Source: Planctomycetota bacterium
Lineage (GTDB): Bacteria; Planctomycetota; PLA2; JAEUHO01
Reading direction: 5' to 3'
DNA length: 64,000 nt
Assembly: GCA_050248855.1 (NCBI GenBank)
Contig: JBFWRP010000008.1
Span: forward strand, 120,867-184,866
Positions 27,379-37,763 of this stretch are shown here, one piece after another. Positions within the stretch are counted from its first letter, which is position 1. Every line of letters starts with the position of its first letter. The notes below the pieces were generated by a model. The model was not told where the DNA came from and made no database searches. It was given only the letters and a program-made list of their open reading frames with translations. The translations under genes and the position numbers were made by a program.

Positions 27379-29232
27379 ATGAAGGACATCCACGAGCTGA
27401 TGGCCAGTGGACGCTGCTTCGCGGCGTACGACCTGCTCTGCCAGTCGCTGGCGGCTGACGAGCAGGTCACGGCGGAGCTCGAGGTGCAGCGCGGCCGGGT
27501 GTTGGAGCGGCTCGGCGACGTGGATGGGGCGGAGGCGATCCTGCGCGAGAGGGTCGCGGCCGGACATCGCAGCGAGGAGGCACTGGGGCTCCTGGGCGGT
27601 CTCCTCAAGCGGCGTGGCTTCGAGGCGGAGGCCGATGTCCGCCACGCCTTCCATGACGAAGCGGAGCGGCTCTATCGCGAGGGCCTGGAGGCCCATGCGT
27701 CCTACTGGTGTGGCGTCAACGTGGCCCTGCTCGAGCACTTGCGCGGAGACCACGACGCGGCGCAGGCCACCAGTCAGCGTGTGCTCGCGCGGGTCGATGC
27801 GGCCGCGCCGACGACGCACGACGCGTTGGCGCGGCGCTACCTCCTCGGCACGCGTGCGGAGTGCCTCCTGCTCGCCGGGCGCACGTCCGAGGCGGCCGAG
27901 GCCTTCCGCCCGTTCCGTGCGGCGTGCGAGGAGGCCGGCGCTTGGGAGCAGCTGGCCTCGATGCGGGCGAACGTGAGGCGGATCCGCGTCTCCGAAGATG
28001 CCGAAGGCCTCGCGACCATCGAGCAGCTCCTCCGCGTACCACCCGTCTGGATCGCAGCGGGGCATCGCCTCGACGAGCCGGATCGGCCGAGGCCCCGCTT
28101 CCCCAGCGGGATCGTCGATGGCGTGAGGCAGACGATCGAGGCGCTCGTGGAGCAGGTGGGTTGCAGTGCCGGCTACTCCTCCCTCGCGGCCGGCACGGAC
28201 GCGATCTTCCAGCACGTCCTCGCGGAGCGCGGCCTGCGCCGTGAAGTGGTGCTTCCCTATGACCGCGCGCTGTTCCGCAACCTGAACGTGCTGGGGCAAG
28301 ACCCCGCGACCTGGGCCTCGACGTTTGACACGCTGCTGGACACCGCCGATCGGGTACACCAAACCGCCCGGCATGCGTTCGGCTGGGACGCGCTCTGCTA
28401 CAGCTTGGCCAACGAAGTCGTCCTGGGCCTGGCCCAGCTGGAGGCCCGGCGGCTGGACACGGAGCTGGTGGGCTTCGCCCTGTTCGACGGCAGGCCCCCC
28501 GACGGGCCGGGAGGCACGGCCGACACCCTGGAGCTGTGGGACACCGCCGGCATCGAGGTGCACGTGGTGGATCCGCAGGGGCTGACGGGTGCGGGCGCGG
28601 CACGACACGCCGTGACGCCGCGCGGTCAAGACGTTCCGTCGTCCCGGGAACGCGGGGTGCCGAACCTGATCGCCGCGTTCCTGTGCGCGGATGCCAAGGG
28701 GTTCAGTCGTCTGGAGGAGCGCCAGACGGCGGTCTTCGTGCAGCAGGTCCTCGGCATCGTGGCCGACGTCCAGGCCGGTTTCGAGGCCGACATCCTGGAG
28801 CGCAACACCTGGGGCGACGCCCTCTTCTATGCGTTCCGCGATGTTGCCAGCTGCGGCGCGTTCGCGCTTGACATGATGGAAGCCCTGGAGGCCCGCCGCG
28901 CCGAGCTGCAGGCAGCAGGGCTGCCCGCAGACCTCGGGTTCCGCGTCGCATTGCACGCGGGGCCCGTGCGGCTGGTCACGGATCCGGTGACGGGCGTGCG
29001 ACGCGTGGTCGGTACGCAGATCACCTTTGCCGCACGCATGGAGCCCGTCGCCCGCGTGGGCCAGATCGTGGCCAGCGACACCTTCGCCGCCCTGTCCGAG
29101 GCGCGGGGGTGCCCGGGGCATGAGTGCGTGTACCTGGGCGTGCACAGCCTCGCGAAGGGGTTTGGAGAAGATGCGCTGTACGGGATCGCTCGCCGGAAGG
29201 GAGTAGGATTCCGGGACCGGGCGGCAGGATGA
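27379..29232 (+). CDS. TPR (TPR-S/TRAF-binding-like) + SLOG-like + class III nucleotide cyclase protein
   Basis: Helical N-terminus (LGLLGGLLKR, YWCGVNVA, LGTRAE); middle AAGHRLD..YSSLAAGTDAIF..VVLPY..GPGGTAD; cyclase FLCADAKGFS, NTWGDA, FRVALHAGPV, AARMEP. Confidence 0.8.
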   Translation: MKDIHELMASGRCFAAYDLLCQSLAADEQVTAELEVQRGRVLERLGDVDGAEAILRERVAAGHRSEEALGLLGGLLKRRGFEAEADVRHAFHDEAERLYREGLEAHASYWCGVNVALLEHLRGDHDAAQATSQRVLARVDAAAPTTHDALARRYLLGTRAECLLLAGRTSEAAEAFRPFRAACEEAGAWEQLASMRANVRRIRVSEDAEGLATIEQLLRVPPVWIAAGHRLDEPDRPRPRFPSGIVDGVRQTIEALVEQVGCSAGYSSLAAGTDAIFQHVLAERGLRREVVLPYDRALFRNLNVLGQDPATWASTFDTLLDTADRVHQTARHAFGWDALCYSLANEVVLGLAQLEARRLDTELVGFALFDGRPPDGPGGTADTLELWDTAGIEVHVVDPQGLTGAGAARHAVTPRGQDVPSSRERGVPNLIAAFLCADAKGFSRLEERQTAVFVQQVLGIVADVQAGFEADILERNTWGDALFYAFRDVASCGAFALDMMEALEARRAELQAAGLPADLGFRVALHAGPVRLVTDPVTGVRRVVGTQITFAARMEPVARVGQIVASDTFAALSEARGCPGHECVYLGVHSLAKGFGEDALYGIARRKGVGFRDRAAG

Positions 29233-29239
29233 GGGGCCC

Positions 29240-30175
29240 ATGGCGACGCACGCGACCGACGCGCACATCTTCGTGAGCCACTCGACGAGGGACGCAACCC
29301 TCGCCCACGCGTTCTGCCAGGAGGCCGAGGCGCGCCGCTCCAGGTGCTGGATCGCGCCGCGCGACATCCGCGGCGGCGTGCCCTTTGCGAGCGAGATCAC
29401 GCAAGCCATCCGCGAAGCGCGCGCGGTGGTGCTCCTGCTCAGCGTCGCTTCGCGAGGTTCGGAGTACGTGCTTCGTGAGATCGACCTGGCCGCAGGTCAG
29501 GCCGTCCCCGTGATCACCGTGCGGCTGGAGGAGATCTCGCCCGGCGACGCCCTGGCGTTCTACGTGGGAAAGGACCAGTGGATCGACGCGCTGTGTCCTC
29601 CCATCGAGCCCCACGTGGAGAAGGTCCTGAACGCGGTCGAGCACGCCGCGGCGTTGCGCATCGCCATGCAGGCGAGTACGGAGGAGGACTGGCGCCCGCC
29701 CCGCGAGCGCGTGTTGAAGGAGATCGCCGAGGACCTTCGCCAGTACTTCGATCACACGTTCCGCCTACGGGCGGCGCTGGAGGAGGCCACGGAACTCCTG
29801 ACGCGCCGTGGACCGGCGACCGATACCCTCCTGCGCGCCACGCTCTCCTACAACCAGTTCAGTCCGCCCTTCGTGGACCGGCTCGGCAAACATCGGGCTG
29901 CGGTGCGCAAGTACTGGGGCGAGGACTGGCTGGGCGAGTTCGACGCCCTGCAGGACGCGATCGAGGGCGGCGTCTACCGGGGAGCCTTGTTCCGCCTGAA
30001 CGGCGTGCGCGCCCGGCTCAACACCCTGCTGGAGGTCCCGGTGCCCGACGTGGAAGCCTGTCGCCACCTCGACGCGGAGAAGGCACCCCTGCTGGCCGAC
30101 GTGCAAGGCCGGTTGGACGCCGTCGCGCAGCAGGCCAGGCGCTTCCTTGCGGCCCTCGAGCGGGGCAGGCTGTAG
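29240..30175 (+). CDS. TIR-domain protein with unrecognised helical C-terminal domain
   Basis: HIFVSHSTRD, CWIAPRDIRGG, SEYVLREIDLA (catalytic Glu position), QWIDA; starts 7 bp after the cyclase gene. Confidence 0.88.
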   Translation: MATHATDAHIFVSHSTRDATLAHAFCQEAEARRSRCWIAPRDIRGGVPFASEITQAIREARAVVLLLSVASRGSEYVLREIDLAAGQAVPVITVRLEEISPGDALAFYVGKDQWIDALCPPIEPHVEKVLNAVEHAAALRIAMQASTEEDWRPPRERVLKEIAEDLRQYFDHTFRLRAALEEATELLTRRGPATDTLLRATLSYNQFSPPFVDRLGKHRAAVRKYWGEDWLGEFDALQDAIEGGVYRGALFRLNGVRARLNTLLEVPVPDVEACRHLDAEKAPLLADVQGRLDAVAQQARRFLAALERGRL

Positions 30176-30408
30176 GTCGGGCCGGGCGTGACCCTGCCGT
30201 ACGCCGGCTGGCCCGGTCAGCGAGGTGCGGATCCGTAACCGAGATCGGGACTATTGCCCCGCGACGCCAGGCCGCTCTAGCCTACCCGCCATGAGGTGGG
30301 GTCCACGAAGCCGTGGCTTGCCCTTTGGCGCAGGAGAGCCCGCGGAGTGTCCGCGGGTGGGGAACCATCGTTAGCGTATGCCGGCTTTGCCTCACGGAGG
30401 TCGTGGGT

Positions 30409-32592
30409 ATGTCCTTGCGTCTCTTGTTGGCTCGCCCGGTGTTCGGGCTGCTCGTGTGCTTGGTGCTTGCCTCGTGCGGTGGGGGGGGCGGAGGTGGCGG
30501 GCCCACCGATCCACCCGCCCCGCCGCCGGAATGGGTCCTCTATGCGCGCATGACGTCCGAATCCCTGGCGTCGAGGCGCGCGGCGATCCAGCTCGCCGCA
30601 CAGAGCACGGGCGTCGTGTCGTACACGCTCACCGGTCAGCCTGGCTGGGGCGGTGAAGTGGCTTCGCTCCGGCTCGTGCAGCGGTCGACGGGTACGCCGG
30701 TGGTCCAGGTCGATGCGAGCAGTGGGCTTGCCCCACTCCCGAACGTCCGTCCCGTTCGTTCTGGGGGTGACGTCACGGTGTCTGCATCCGTCATCCAGCA
30801 AGTGGGCGCGGCTCCCGACGCCTTCGATGTCGTGCTGCGCAACGCCTCCGGCGCCGAGATCGTGCGTGGACCGCTGTCGTCATCGTTCACCTTCGACTTG
30901 GGGGGTGTGCTGCAGCACCCCCTCGAGATGGCAGGTGGCGCGCCGTCCGGGTTCGCGATCGACGGGGAGAGCTACCTCGCGCTACGCGCCCAGTCGCCGA
31001 GCGCGCTACACGCATGGATGACCACGCGCGATGGCGTTTCGCCGAGCTGGGTGGCGCCGCTCAGGCTTCTGCCCCCTGCCGCCGTGAGCCCTTCGCCGCT
31101 TCTTGAGTGGACGAGTCTCTTGGCGGACCTCGACAGCGTCACCGGCGTTGCCACGTCGCCGCTTGCCCAGGTCGATGCCAACCTCCTGCTGTGGCTCTGG
31201 GTGGAGCCTTCGGCGTTGGGCGTGTCCCTGCAGGCCACGGGCGGAGCGGGCAGCTACGTGGGAACGGTCGGGCCGCCCGACCTGGCGGTATGGGGCCGGC
31301 TGGAGGCGACATCCACCGGCGGGCCAGCTGGTTTGGTCCTGGAGGCCGAGACGTGGTCGGAAGCGCACGTGGCCTTCTCGCTGGCACGCGAGGCTTTTGA
31401 TCCCTCACCCACGCAGGTTCGCGTGCTGAAGGACGGTGGGCCGGCGCCGCTGGCCGTGCTCAACCTGGCCGCCATGGCACCCGACGACGGGAACGGCAAC
31501 CTCGAGGGTTCGGTCGCGCTCGACCCCGAGGTCGCCTTGGCACTGCTCACGGGGCGCTCGAGCATCTCGTGCGTCCTGGACACGACCGCCGACGTGGGAA
31601 CGCATGCCGGATCCCTGGGCCACCCGACGTACCGCTTCTTCGCCTTCGAGGAGACGCCCTTCGGTTCCGGCTCCCTGACGGATCCTGCGACGGGCGCTTC
31701 CGAGATCGTGCTTACGGCGGAGGGGCTGCTCGAGCACGCCACCTACTTGGTCGGGCCGCCAGCGGGCAACGTGGGCGGAGTGGAGATCAGGCGGCTGGGC
31801 GACGCGGACGGCCTGCTCACGTTGGCGACGAGCCCGGTGAGTGGGAAGGAGGCGCTGGGGGGCACTTCGTCCGATCTGACGCCCATGTTCCTGGCAGAGG
31901 TGATCTCCGTTCACCCCACACTCCAAGTCGCCGTGATGGTGGGCGAGAACGTCGGCCCTGCCGGGAAGCTGGTGGCCACGTTCGCCTGCACCGACGACCC
32001 GTACATCCCACCCTTCGAAGGCATCTGGCTGGACGAGGACGACGAGCAGTGGGTCCTGAACTCCACCGCCAGCCTGCCTGTGAGCTGCGGCCTGGTGAGC
32101 GGGGGCACCACGGAGCTGTCCTTCGTAGGGAGCTACGAAGGCAAGGCGCTCATGGGCATCCTTGCCGGCCCCTCGGGCGATACGCCCGTCGAGGGTCAGA
32201 TCGTGGGGAACACGAGTCGGCCCGGGGACGTTGCGATCGAGTTCGATGCGACGGATGGCTCGGGACTGCACATCGTATGCACGCACGACGGCTATCGCTG
32301 GCCCGCGCGTGGCGTCTGGCGTACGCAGGCAGGAGACTGGATCGCCGTTGTCGAGGGTGGGTTCGTGCACGGCGAGGAGTTCCAGGGCGTCGTGCGGGGC
32401 GGTGGGGTTGAGTACCCGCTCCAGGGGGAGCGCAGCAGCGACCCAGGCAACGGCTCCGGTACAGCGACATGGACAGGCGCGGCGCCCCCGTGGTCGTCGA
32501 CGCAGCCCGGCCTGCTGTTCAGCTTCGAGGCCGCCCACGAGTCGATGCTCATCGACGGGAAGCTCTTCTTCCGCATGACACCGGAGGAGTGA
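30409..32592 (+). CDS. Large lipoprotein, possibly with degenerate CHRD-like repeats
   Basis: Lipobox LASC plus poly-Gly linker; repeated units ending ..EIVRGPL, ..SYVGTV, ..THAGSL. Confidence 0.65.
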   Translation: MSLRLLLARPVFGLLVCLVLASCGGGGGGGGPTDPPAPPPEWVLYARMTSESLASRRAAIQLAAQSTGVVSYTLTGQPGWGGEVASLRLVQRSTGTPVVQVDASSGLAPLPNVRPVRSGGDVTVSASVIQQVGAAPDAFDVVLRNASGAEIVRGPLSSSFTFDLGGVLQHPLEMAGGAPSGFAIDGESYLALRAQSPSALHAWMTTRDGVSPSWVAPLRLLPPAAVSPSPLLEWTSLLADLDSVTGVATSPLAQVDANLLLWLWVEPSALGVSLQATGGAGSYVGTVGPPDLAVWGRLEATSTGGPAGLVLEAETWSEAHVAFSLAREAFDPSPTQVRVLKDGGPAPLAVLNLAAMAPDDGNGNLEGSVALDPEVALALLTGRSSISCVLDTTADVGTHAGSLGHPTYRFFAFEETPFGSGSLTDPATGASEIVLTAEGLLEHATYLVGPPAGNVGGVEIRRLGDADGLLTLATSPVSGKEALGGTSSDLTPMFLAEVISVHPTLQVAVMVGENVGPAGKLVATFACTDDPYIPPFEGIWLDEDDEQWVLNSTASLPVSCGLVSGGTTELSFVGSYEGKALMGILAGPSGDTPVEGQIVGNTSRPGDVAIEFDATDGSGLHIVCTHDGYRWPARGVWRTQAGDWIAVVEGGFVHGEEFQGVVRGGGVEYPLQGERSSDPGNGSGTATWTGAAPPWSSTQPGLLFSFEAAHESMLIDGKLFFRMTPEE

Positions 32593-32661
32593 AGACACGG
32601 CCGTCGAGCGCGCGAGGGCGCGGATAGGGGGATCGGCCGGTCATTCCCCAGGAGGTCCATC

Positions 32662-33297
32662 GTGTCGAAGCGAGTACGTGCGTCGCGGTCCTGGAGCCTT
32701 GCCTTCCTCGTGCCAGGCGCGGTCGTCGTGTTGACCCTCGCCGGGTGCGGAGGCGGAGGCTCGGACGACGAAATGCTGGTCCTTGGCGGCACGAAGGCAC
32801 GGGAAGGGGTCGCGGGGGGCGGCAGCGCGACGGTGGCCAACACGCTGGCCATCGGCGACAACGGGTTGAACAGCGGGCGCGTGGCGCTCCTCAGCTTCTC
32901 GCTGCAAGACCTGCCAAGCGGCGCCGAAGTCGAATCGGCCACGCTGGGCATCCATCAGCTGGACGAGACGTTCGGTACGCCCTACGCGGACTTGGGCGTC
33001 GTGGTGGTCGACAGCGTGGACCTGGGCGCGGGCGTCGACGGGGCCGACGCGGCGTCCGCGGCGCTGATCCCCTTGCTCGGCACGCTTTCGACGTCGGTCG
33101 CGCCCGGCGAGCGGACGCTCGACGTGACGGCCGCCGTGCTGGCAGATGTCGCCGCACTGCGCACGCGGAGCGAGTTCCGGATCCGCTTCTTCCTCGCAAC
33201 CGACGGCGACGGCCAGCAGGACACCGTGCAGATCCGCGAGACGGGTGGCTCCGGGAGCGGGGCGCCGCCGACGCTGGTGGTCGTCTACCGGCCGTGA
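32662..33297 (+). CDS. Lipoprotein with DNRLRE-like beta-sandwich domain
   Basis: Lipobox LAGC; LLSFSLQDLPSGAEVESATL, LDVTAAV, terminal PTLVVVY. Confidence 0.7.
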   Translation: MSKRVRASRSWSLAFLVPGAVVVLTLAGCGGGGSDDEMLVLGGTKAREGVAGGGSATVANTLAIGDNGLNSGRVALLSFSLQDLPSGAEVESATLGIHQLDETFGTPYADLGVVVVDSVDLGAGVDGADAASAALIPLLGTLSTSVAPGERTLDVTAAVLADVAALRTRSEFRIRFFLATDGDGQQDTVQIRETGGSGSGAPPTLVVVYRP

Positions 33298-33316
33298 GTG
33301 CCGGCCGCGTGGCGGC

Positions 33317-33958
33317 CTACGGGCCCTCGTCGGCCTCGCGCTCGTCGGGTAGCGCGCGCCAGGGCTTGGCGACGAGCACGAACCGATCGCCCAGGTCGGC
33401 GAACGCCGTGATGCGCGTGCCGCTGTCGTGGCCGGGCTCGCGCAGCTCCACCGCGTAGCAAGCGCGTCCGGGGGCCGCGACCTCGCGCGCGAACCGCTTC
33501 ATGCCGCCGGGGAACTCGGCGAAGGCGACGGTGCCCCGCTCGTAGGCGGCGAGCTCTTCGGTCGTGGCGACGTGCACGGTGACCTCCGTGCGCGTGGTGG
33601 GGGGGAGCTGCTGGGCGTTGGGCGGTCGCCGATCGCGCAGGCCGTCCTCGACGGTGGTGTCCTTCAGTGCCGCGAGGAAGGTCTCCGTGGCCGGCCCCTC
33701 GCGCAAGAGCGAGCGCACCTCGGCGCGCGTCGGGACGAACGCGTGCATGGCGGCGAGGTAGGTACGCCCGTCGTTGGCGTTCTGGGCGGCAACGATCGTC
33801 GTCATGATCTCCGCGAGGTCCCTCGCGCGTGTCTTGGGATCGGCGGGCGGCGCCCCGGCGCCCGGCAAGCTGGCGGCCGGGACGTGCGGCGCGGGCGGAT
33901 CGCCGCAGGCGCAAAGCCCGCATGCGAGAACCACCATGAGAACGACGCAAATGGGCAT
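33317..33958 (-). CDS. Hypothetical lipoprotein
   Basis: Hydrophobic leader with LCAC; coding-like codon usage. Confidence 0.65.
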   Translation of the reverse strand: MPICVVLMVVLACGLCACGDPPAPHVPAASLPGAGAPPADPKTRARDLAEIMTTIVAAQNANDGRTYLAAMHAFVPTRAEVRSLLREGPATETFLAALKDTTVEDGLRDRRPPNAQQLPPTTRTEVTVHVATTEELAAYERGTVAFAEFPGGMKRFAREVAAPGRACYAVELREPGHDSGTRITAFADLGDRFVLVAKPWRALPDEREADEGP

Positions 33959-34096
33959 GGGCGCAACTCCCCAGGAGACCTGCGGCCAGCCTAACGTCTG
34001 CCCCCGCAAAGGCGCCAACCCAGCCGGGTAGGGGGGCCTCGCGGGATGGCACCGGGTGCTCCATCGTGGGATCCTTCCGGGGTGGGCAGGATCCCG

Positions 34097-36913
34097 ATGG
34101 CCGTCGCGCTGCTGTTCGCGCTCGTTGGCTGCGGGGGCGGTCCCGGTGGTGCCGCCCCGGTCCAGCCTGCCACGGAGGTGCGCTTCGCGTCGGGCACCCT
34201 GTCCCTGGCGCTGGACGTGGCGGGGTACGTCGTCGATGTCCGGGTCGGGGGCGATTCGCGCGCCTTCGCTGCGGCGGACCCGCAGCCCCTGCTCGAGGTC
34301 GTACGGGAAGGCGAGACGTTGCTACCCGACCGCGCCCGCGCCGTGCCCGGCGGCGTGGAGCTGGAGTTCGACGGTGGTGCCGCCTCGATACGCCTCGACG
34401 TCGAGGCCGCGGACGGGCGCATCGTGTTCCGCGTCGCCGAGGTCGTCCCGTCGGATGCGGAGGCGGTTCGCCTCCGCTTGGCCGTGCAACGCCTGGACGA
34501 GGTCGACCCGTCGCTCAACGGCACGTACGACGACGACGTCGTGCTCTGCCTGCGCTCGATCGAGCCCGCTACGCGCTGCATCTACCGCTCGCTGCCCGGC
34601 GGGATCCCCCAGCCTGGTGTCGAGTGGGACGCCGTGCATGGGATCGTCGGGGGAGCCGCCGCGTGGATCGCCGCGCCTCGCTCCTCGTTCTTCTCGGCCG
34701 TGCACGCCCTGCAGGTGGCAGAGCAGCTACCAGCGCCTCGATTCGATGGCGTGCCCGCGCGTGCCAGCCGCAGCATGCGGCAAAGCTACCTGTTCCTCAC
34801 CTACCTGCAGCCCGGGACGGCCACGAGGGTCATCGAGTACGCCAACCTTGCCGGGCTGTCCCGCGTGCTCCTGCTGCGCACGCTCTGGCGCCGCAGCGCG
34901 GGGACGTATGGCCTGGATCCCGTGCGTTGGCCGGGTGGGCTGTCCGATCTGGCGTCCTTTTGTTCGCAGCTGCGAGGCGCAGGGCTTGGCGTGGGGCTCC
35001 ACGTCTTCGGCCCGTCGATCTCGCTCGACGACCCGCTCGTCACGCCCGTGCCCGCTCCGGGCCTGCTTGCGTGGCCTTGCCCGGCCCTGGCCGCCGACGT
35101 TGATGCGGCGGCCGGAACCCTGACGCTGGTCGATGCGGCGACGCTTCCCCCCTCCGGAGGAGGCCGGTTCCCCGGACGGTACCTCCGCCTGGGCGACGAG
35201 ATCGTCCGCTACGGATCGACAGAGGCAGGGCCCCCGTTCCAGCTGACGGGTTGCGAGCGGGGCGCCCTCGGTACCATCGCTGCGACGCATGCAGCCGGAG
35301 CCGTGCCGTGGCACCTGGCCACCGTCAACGACCAGCTCCTGGTCGACCCGGACGGCCCCTTGGTCGCCACCCTGGCCGCGAACCTCGCCGCCGTCGTGAA
35401 CGGCGCCGGCATCGACATGATCTACTTCGACGGCACGGCCGCGATGCCCACCAACGACTTCGTGCAGCGCTGGTACTACATGAACCGTACGCTGCCGCCG
35501 ATCTACGCGGCGTTCGACCACGATGTCTTGGTGCAAACGGGCATGGGCCCCGGGCGGGAGATGGACTGGCACATCGTGCCGCGCAGCGCCAGTGCGGACG
35601 GTCACGGCGACATCAAGTGGTACCTGGACCGGCGCACGCCCTCGATCGAGTCGATCTTGCGGGGCCTTACGGTGCCCGACATCGGCTGGTACGGCTTTGG
35701 CGCCGGGCGCCCTCCCGACCACCTCGAGTACGTGTGTGCCAAAGCGCTGGGGTGGGACGCCGGCATCTCGCTGCAAACGAACGTGATCGAGCTGGAGGGC
35801 GACCGGCGCGCCCGTGAGGTGCTGGAGATGATCGGGCGCTACGAGCGATGGAAGAGCACCGGGGGCCCACCCCCGGCCGTGCGCGACGCCCTCCTCGTGC
35901 CGGGTCGGGACTTCCATCTGGTGGAGGACGCCGACGGATCGCCCCACCTCTTCGAGGCGAGCTACGACGAGGTCCGTGACGTGCGATCGCTGCAAGATGG
36001 CGCCTCCGGGTGGAACGTCTCCAGCTCCGCGGGTGGTGACCGCCTGCTTGGCGTGGAGATCACGCGTGGTGAGGCGGTCCGAAGCCATGCCGATTTCACG
36101 GCCGCGGGCGCGATCACCCTCGATCCCCTCGGCGACGCCGCACCCTTCGCGCCGGGGGGCGCCAACGACAGCGCGCGCTTGGTCAACCGCACGGAGAGCA
36201 CGATGAACGCAGCGGGGCCAGCCCGCACGGGCGTCCAGCACACGTTCGTCGCCGTGCCCGACGCCGCCGTGGGCGGCCAGGCGTTGGAGCTTGCTGCCAC
36301 CAACACGAACACCTCGATCGGCTGGTGTGCCGTGGGGCGCCGATTCGCTCCCGTCGTGGACCTCACGGGGCAGGCGGCGACCGGACTCTGGGTGCATGGC
36401 GATGGATCGGGCATCGAGCTGTCGATCGAGCTCTACGACAACAGCGACGACCGTCTGGTGTTGAAGGTGCCCCTGTTCTTCCAGGGCTGGCGCTTGTTCA
36501 CCTTTCCGCTGACGCCCCCCGCGGCCTTCGATCGGACCCGCTGTACGTACATGGTGATCGTGGCCGACGATCTGCCGCCCGAGTCCGCGGTGACGCTGCG
36601 GCTCGCCCTGCTCCGCGCCACGCCGGCGGTCGTCGCCCCCGCCGACATCACGGGCGTCAGTCTGGAGGTAGGCGGGCGAAGCATCGCGATCCCGCAGGAC
36701 CTCGCACCCGGATGCACGGCGCGGATCGACGCCCTTGGCCGGCTCACGATCTGGCCCGGCGGCATGGCCGCGGGAAGCACGACCCCCGTTCCCGGGGGCC
36801 CGCTCGTGGTGTCGCCCGGCGTGACGCCTGTGGCGTTACGGGTCACGGGACCCGCCGCCTACCCCGGTGACATCGCCGTGCGTACGAGTCGGCTCGTGCC
36901 CCTCTTCCCGTAG
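34097..36913 (+). CDS. Large lipoprotein, putative glycoside-hydrolase-like protein with carbohydrate-binding-like domain
   Basis: Lipobox LVGC; WPGGLSDL..GLGVGLH, IDMIYFDG, GLWVHGDGSG. Confidence 0.6.
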   Translation: MAVALLFALVGCGGGPGGAAPVQPATEVRFASGTLSLALDVAGYVVDVRVGGDSRAFAAADPQPLLEVVREGETLLPDRARAVPGGVELEFDGGAASIRLDVEAADGRIVFRVAEVVPSDAEAVRLRLAVQRLDEVDPSLNGTYDDDVVLCLRSIEPATRCIYRSLPGGIPQPGVEWDAVHGIVGGAAAWIAAPRSSFFSAVHALQVAEQLPAPRFDGVPARASRSMRQSYLFLTYLQPGTATRVIEYANLAGLSRVLLLRTLWRRSAGTYGLDPVRWPGGLSDLASFCSQLRGAGLGVGLHVFGPSISLDDPLVTPVPAPGLLAWPCPALAADVDAAAGTLTLVDAATLPPSGGGRFPGRYLRLGDEIVRYGSTEAGPPFQLTGCERGALGTIAATHAAGAVPWHLATVNDQLLVDPDGPLVATLAANLAAVVNGAGIDMIYFDGTAAMPTNDFVQRWYYMNRTLPPIYAAFDHDVLVQTGMGPGREMDWHIVPRSASADGHGDIKWYLDRRTPSIESILRGLTVPDIGWYGFGAGRPPDHLEYVCAKALGWDAGISLQTNVIELEGDRRAREVLEMIGRYERWKSTGGPPPAVRDALLVPGRDFHLVEDADGSPHLFEASYDEVRDVRSLQDGASGWNVSSSAGGDRLLGVEITRGEAVRSHADFTAAGAITLDPLGDAAPFAPGGANDSARLVNRTESTMNAAGPARTGVQHTFVAVPDAAVGGQALELAATNTNTSIGWCAVGRRFAPVVDLTGQAATGLWVHGDGSGIELSIELYDNSDDRLVLKVPLFFQGWRLFTFPLTPPAAFDRTRCTYMVIVADDLPPESAVTLRLALLRATPAVVAPADITGVSLEVGGRSIAIPQDLAPGCTARIDALGRLTIWPGGMAAGSTTPVPGGPLVVSPGVTPVALRVTGPAAYPGDIAVRTSRLVPLFP

Positions 36914-36936
36914 AGCGTAGAGCCGCTGGAGCTCCC

Positions 36937-37302
36937 ATGGCCACGTCCAAGTCCAACCTGGATCGCGTCTTCGCGATGACGTTCGCCAGCATCTACCCGC
37001 TGTACCTGGCGAAGGTGGAGAGGAAGGGGCGCACGAAGAAGGAGCTCGACCATGTGCTCCGCTGGCTCACGGGCTACAGCGCGCCGGGTCTCGCCGGACA
37101 GATCCGACGCGAGACGAGTCTCGAGACGTTCTTCGAGGAAGCCCCGGAGCTGCATCCCAACGCTGCCAAGATCACGGGCACGATCTGCGGCGTGCGCATC
37201 GAGGAGATCGAGCATCCGCTCATGCGCAAGATCCGCTGGATGGACAAGCTGGTCGACGAGCTTGCCAAGGGCCGCACCATGGAGAAGATCCTGCGGACGT
37301 AG
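36937..37302 (+). CDS. DUF2200 family protein
   Basis: FASIYPLYLAKVERKGRT, WLTGY, ITGTICGVRIEEIE, DKLVDELAKG. Confidence 0.9.
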   Translation: MATSKSNLDRVFAMTFASIYPLYLAKVERKGRTKKELDHVLRWLTGYSAPGLAGQIRRETSLETFFEEAPELHPNAAKITGTICGVRIEEIEHPLMRKIRWMDKLVDELAKGRTMEKILRT

Positions 37303-37326
37303 GTGCGGGCCGTCCCGGCATCGGCG

Positions 37327-37716
37327 CTACTTCAGGCGCTCGAGGCGACCCTTGCGGCGCACGATGTTCTTGTAGTCCCACTGGATGTCGCGGGCCTCGG
37401 CAAGCCACGTGGCCAAGAGCTTGGTGTCGACGTCCTTGGCGTCGGTGAAGCGCGCCTCGGCGGCCTTGAACTTGCCCTCCTTGGCAAGCCCCGGCGTCTC
37501 GAAGGACTGGCCGCTCCAGAAGAGAAGCCGCACGCAGCCCTTCAGCTTGCTGTAGCCGACGATCGGGTTGCCTTCGAGGAACCAGACCGGGTGCGCGTGC
37601 CAGATCTTGCTCTCCGCCTCGGGCAGGTGGCGGTCGATCTGCTTCGCGAGCAGGTCGCAGATGGAACGGTCAGCGGGCGCTTGGGCCTCGGCATAGGCCT
37701 TGATGTCGGGGTGCAC
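37327..37716 (-). CDS. DUF1801 (YdhG-like) protein
   Basis: AGGAGG RBS plus GTG; KIWHAHPVWFLEGNPIVGYS, LLFWSGQSF, QWDYKNIVRRKG. Confidence 0.88.
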   Translation of the reverse strand: MHPDIKAYAEAQAPADRSICDLLAKQIDRHLPEAESKIWHAHPVWFLEGNPIVGYSKLKGCVRLLFWSGQSFETPGLAKEGKFKAAEARFTDAKDVDTKLLATWLAEARDIQWDYKNIVRRKGRLERLK

Positions 37717-37763
37717 GTGAGTGTCCTCCTGGAGACGGAGAGGATGCCGCGGCGCCGTCGGAA

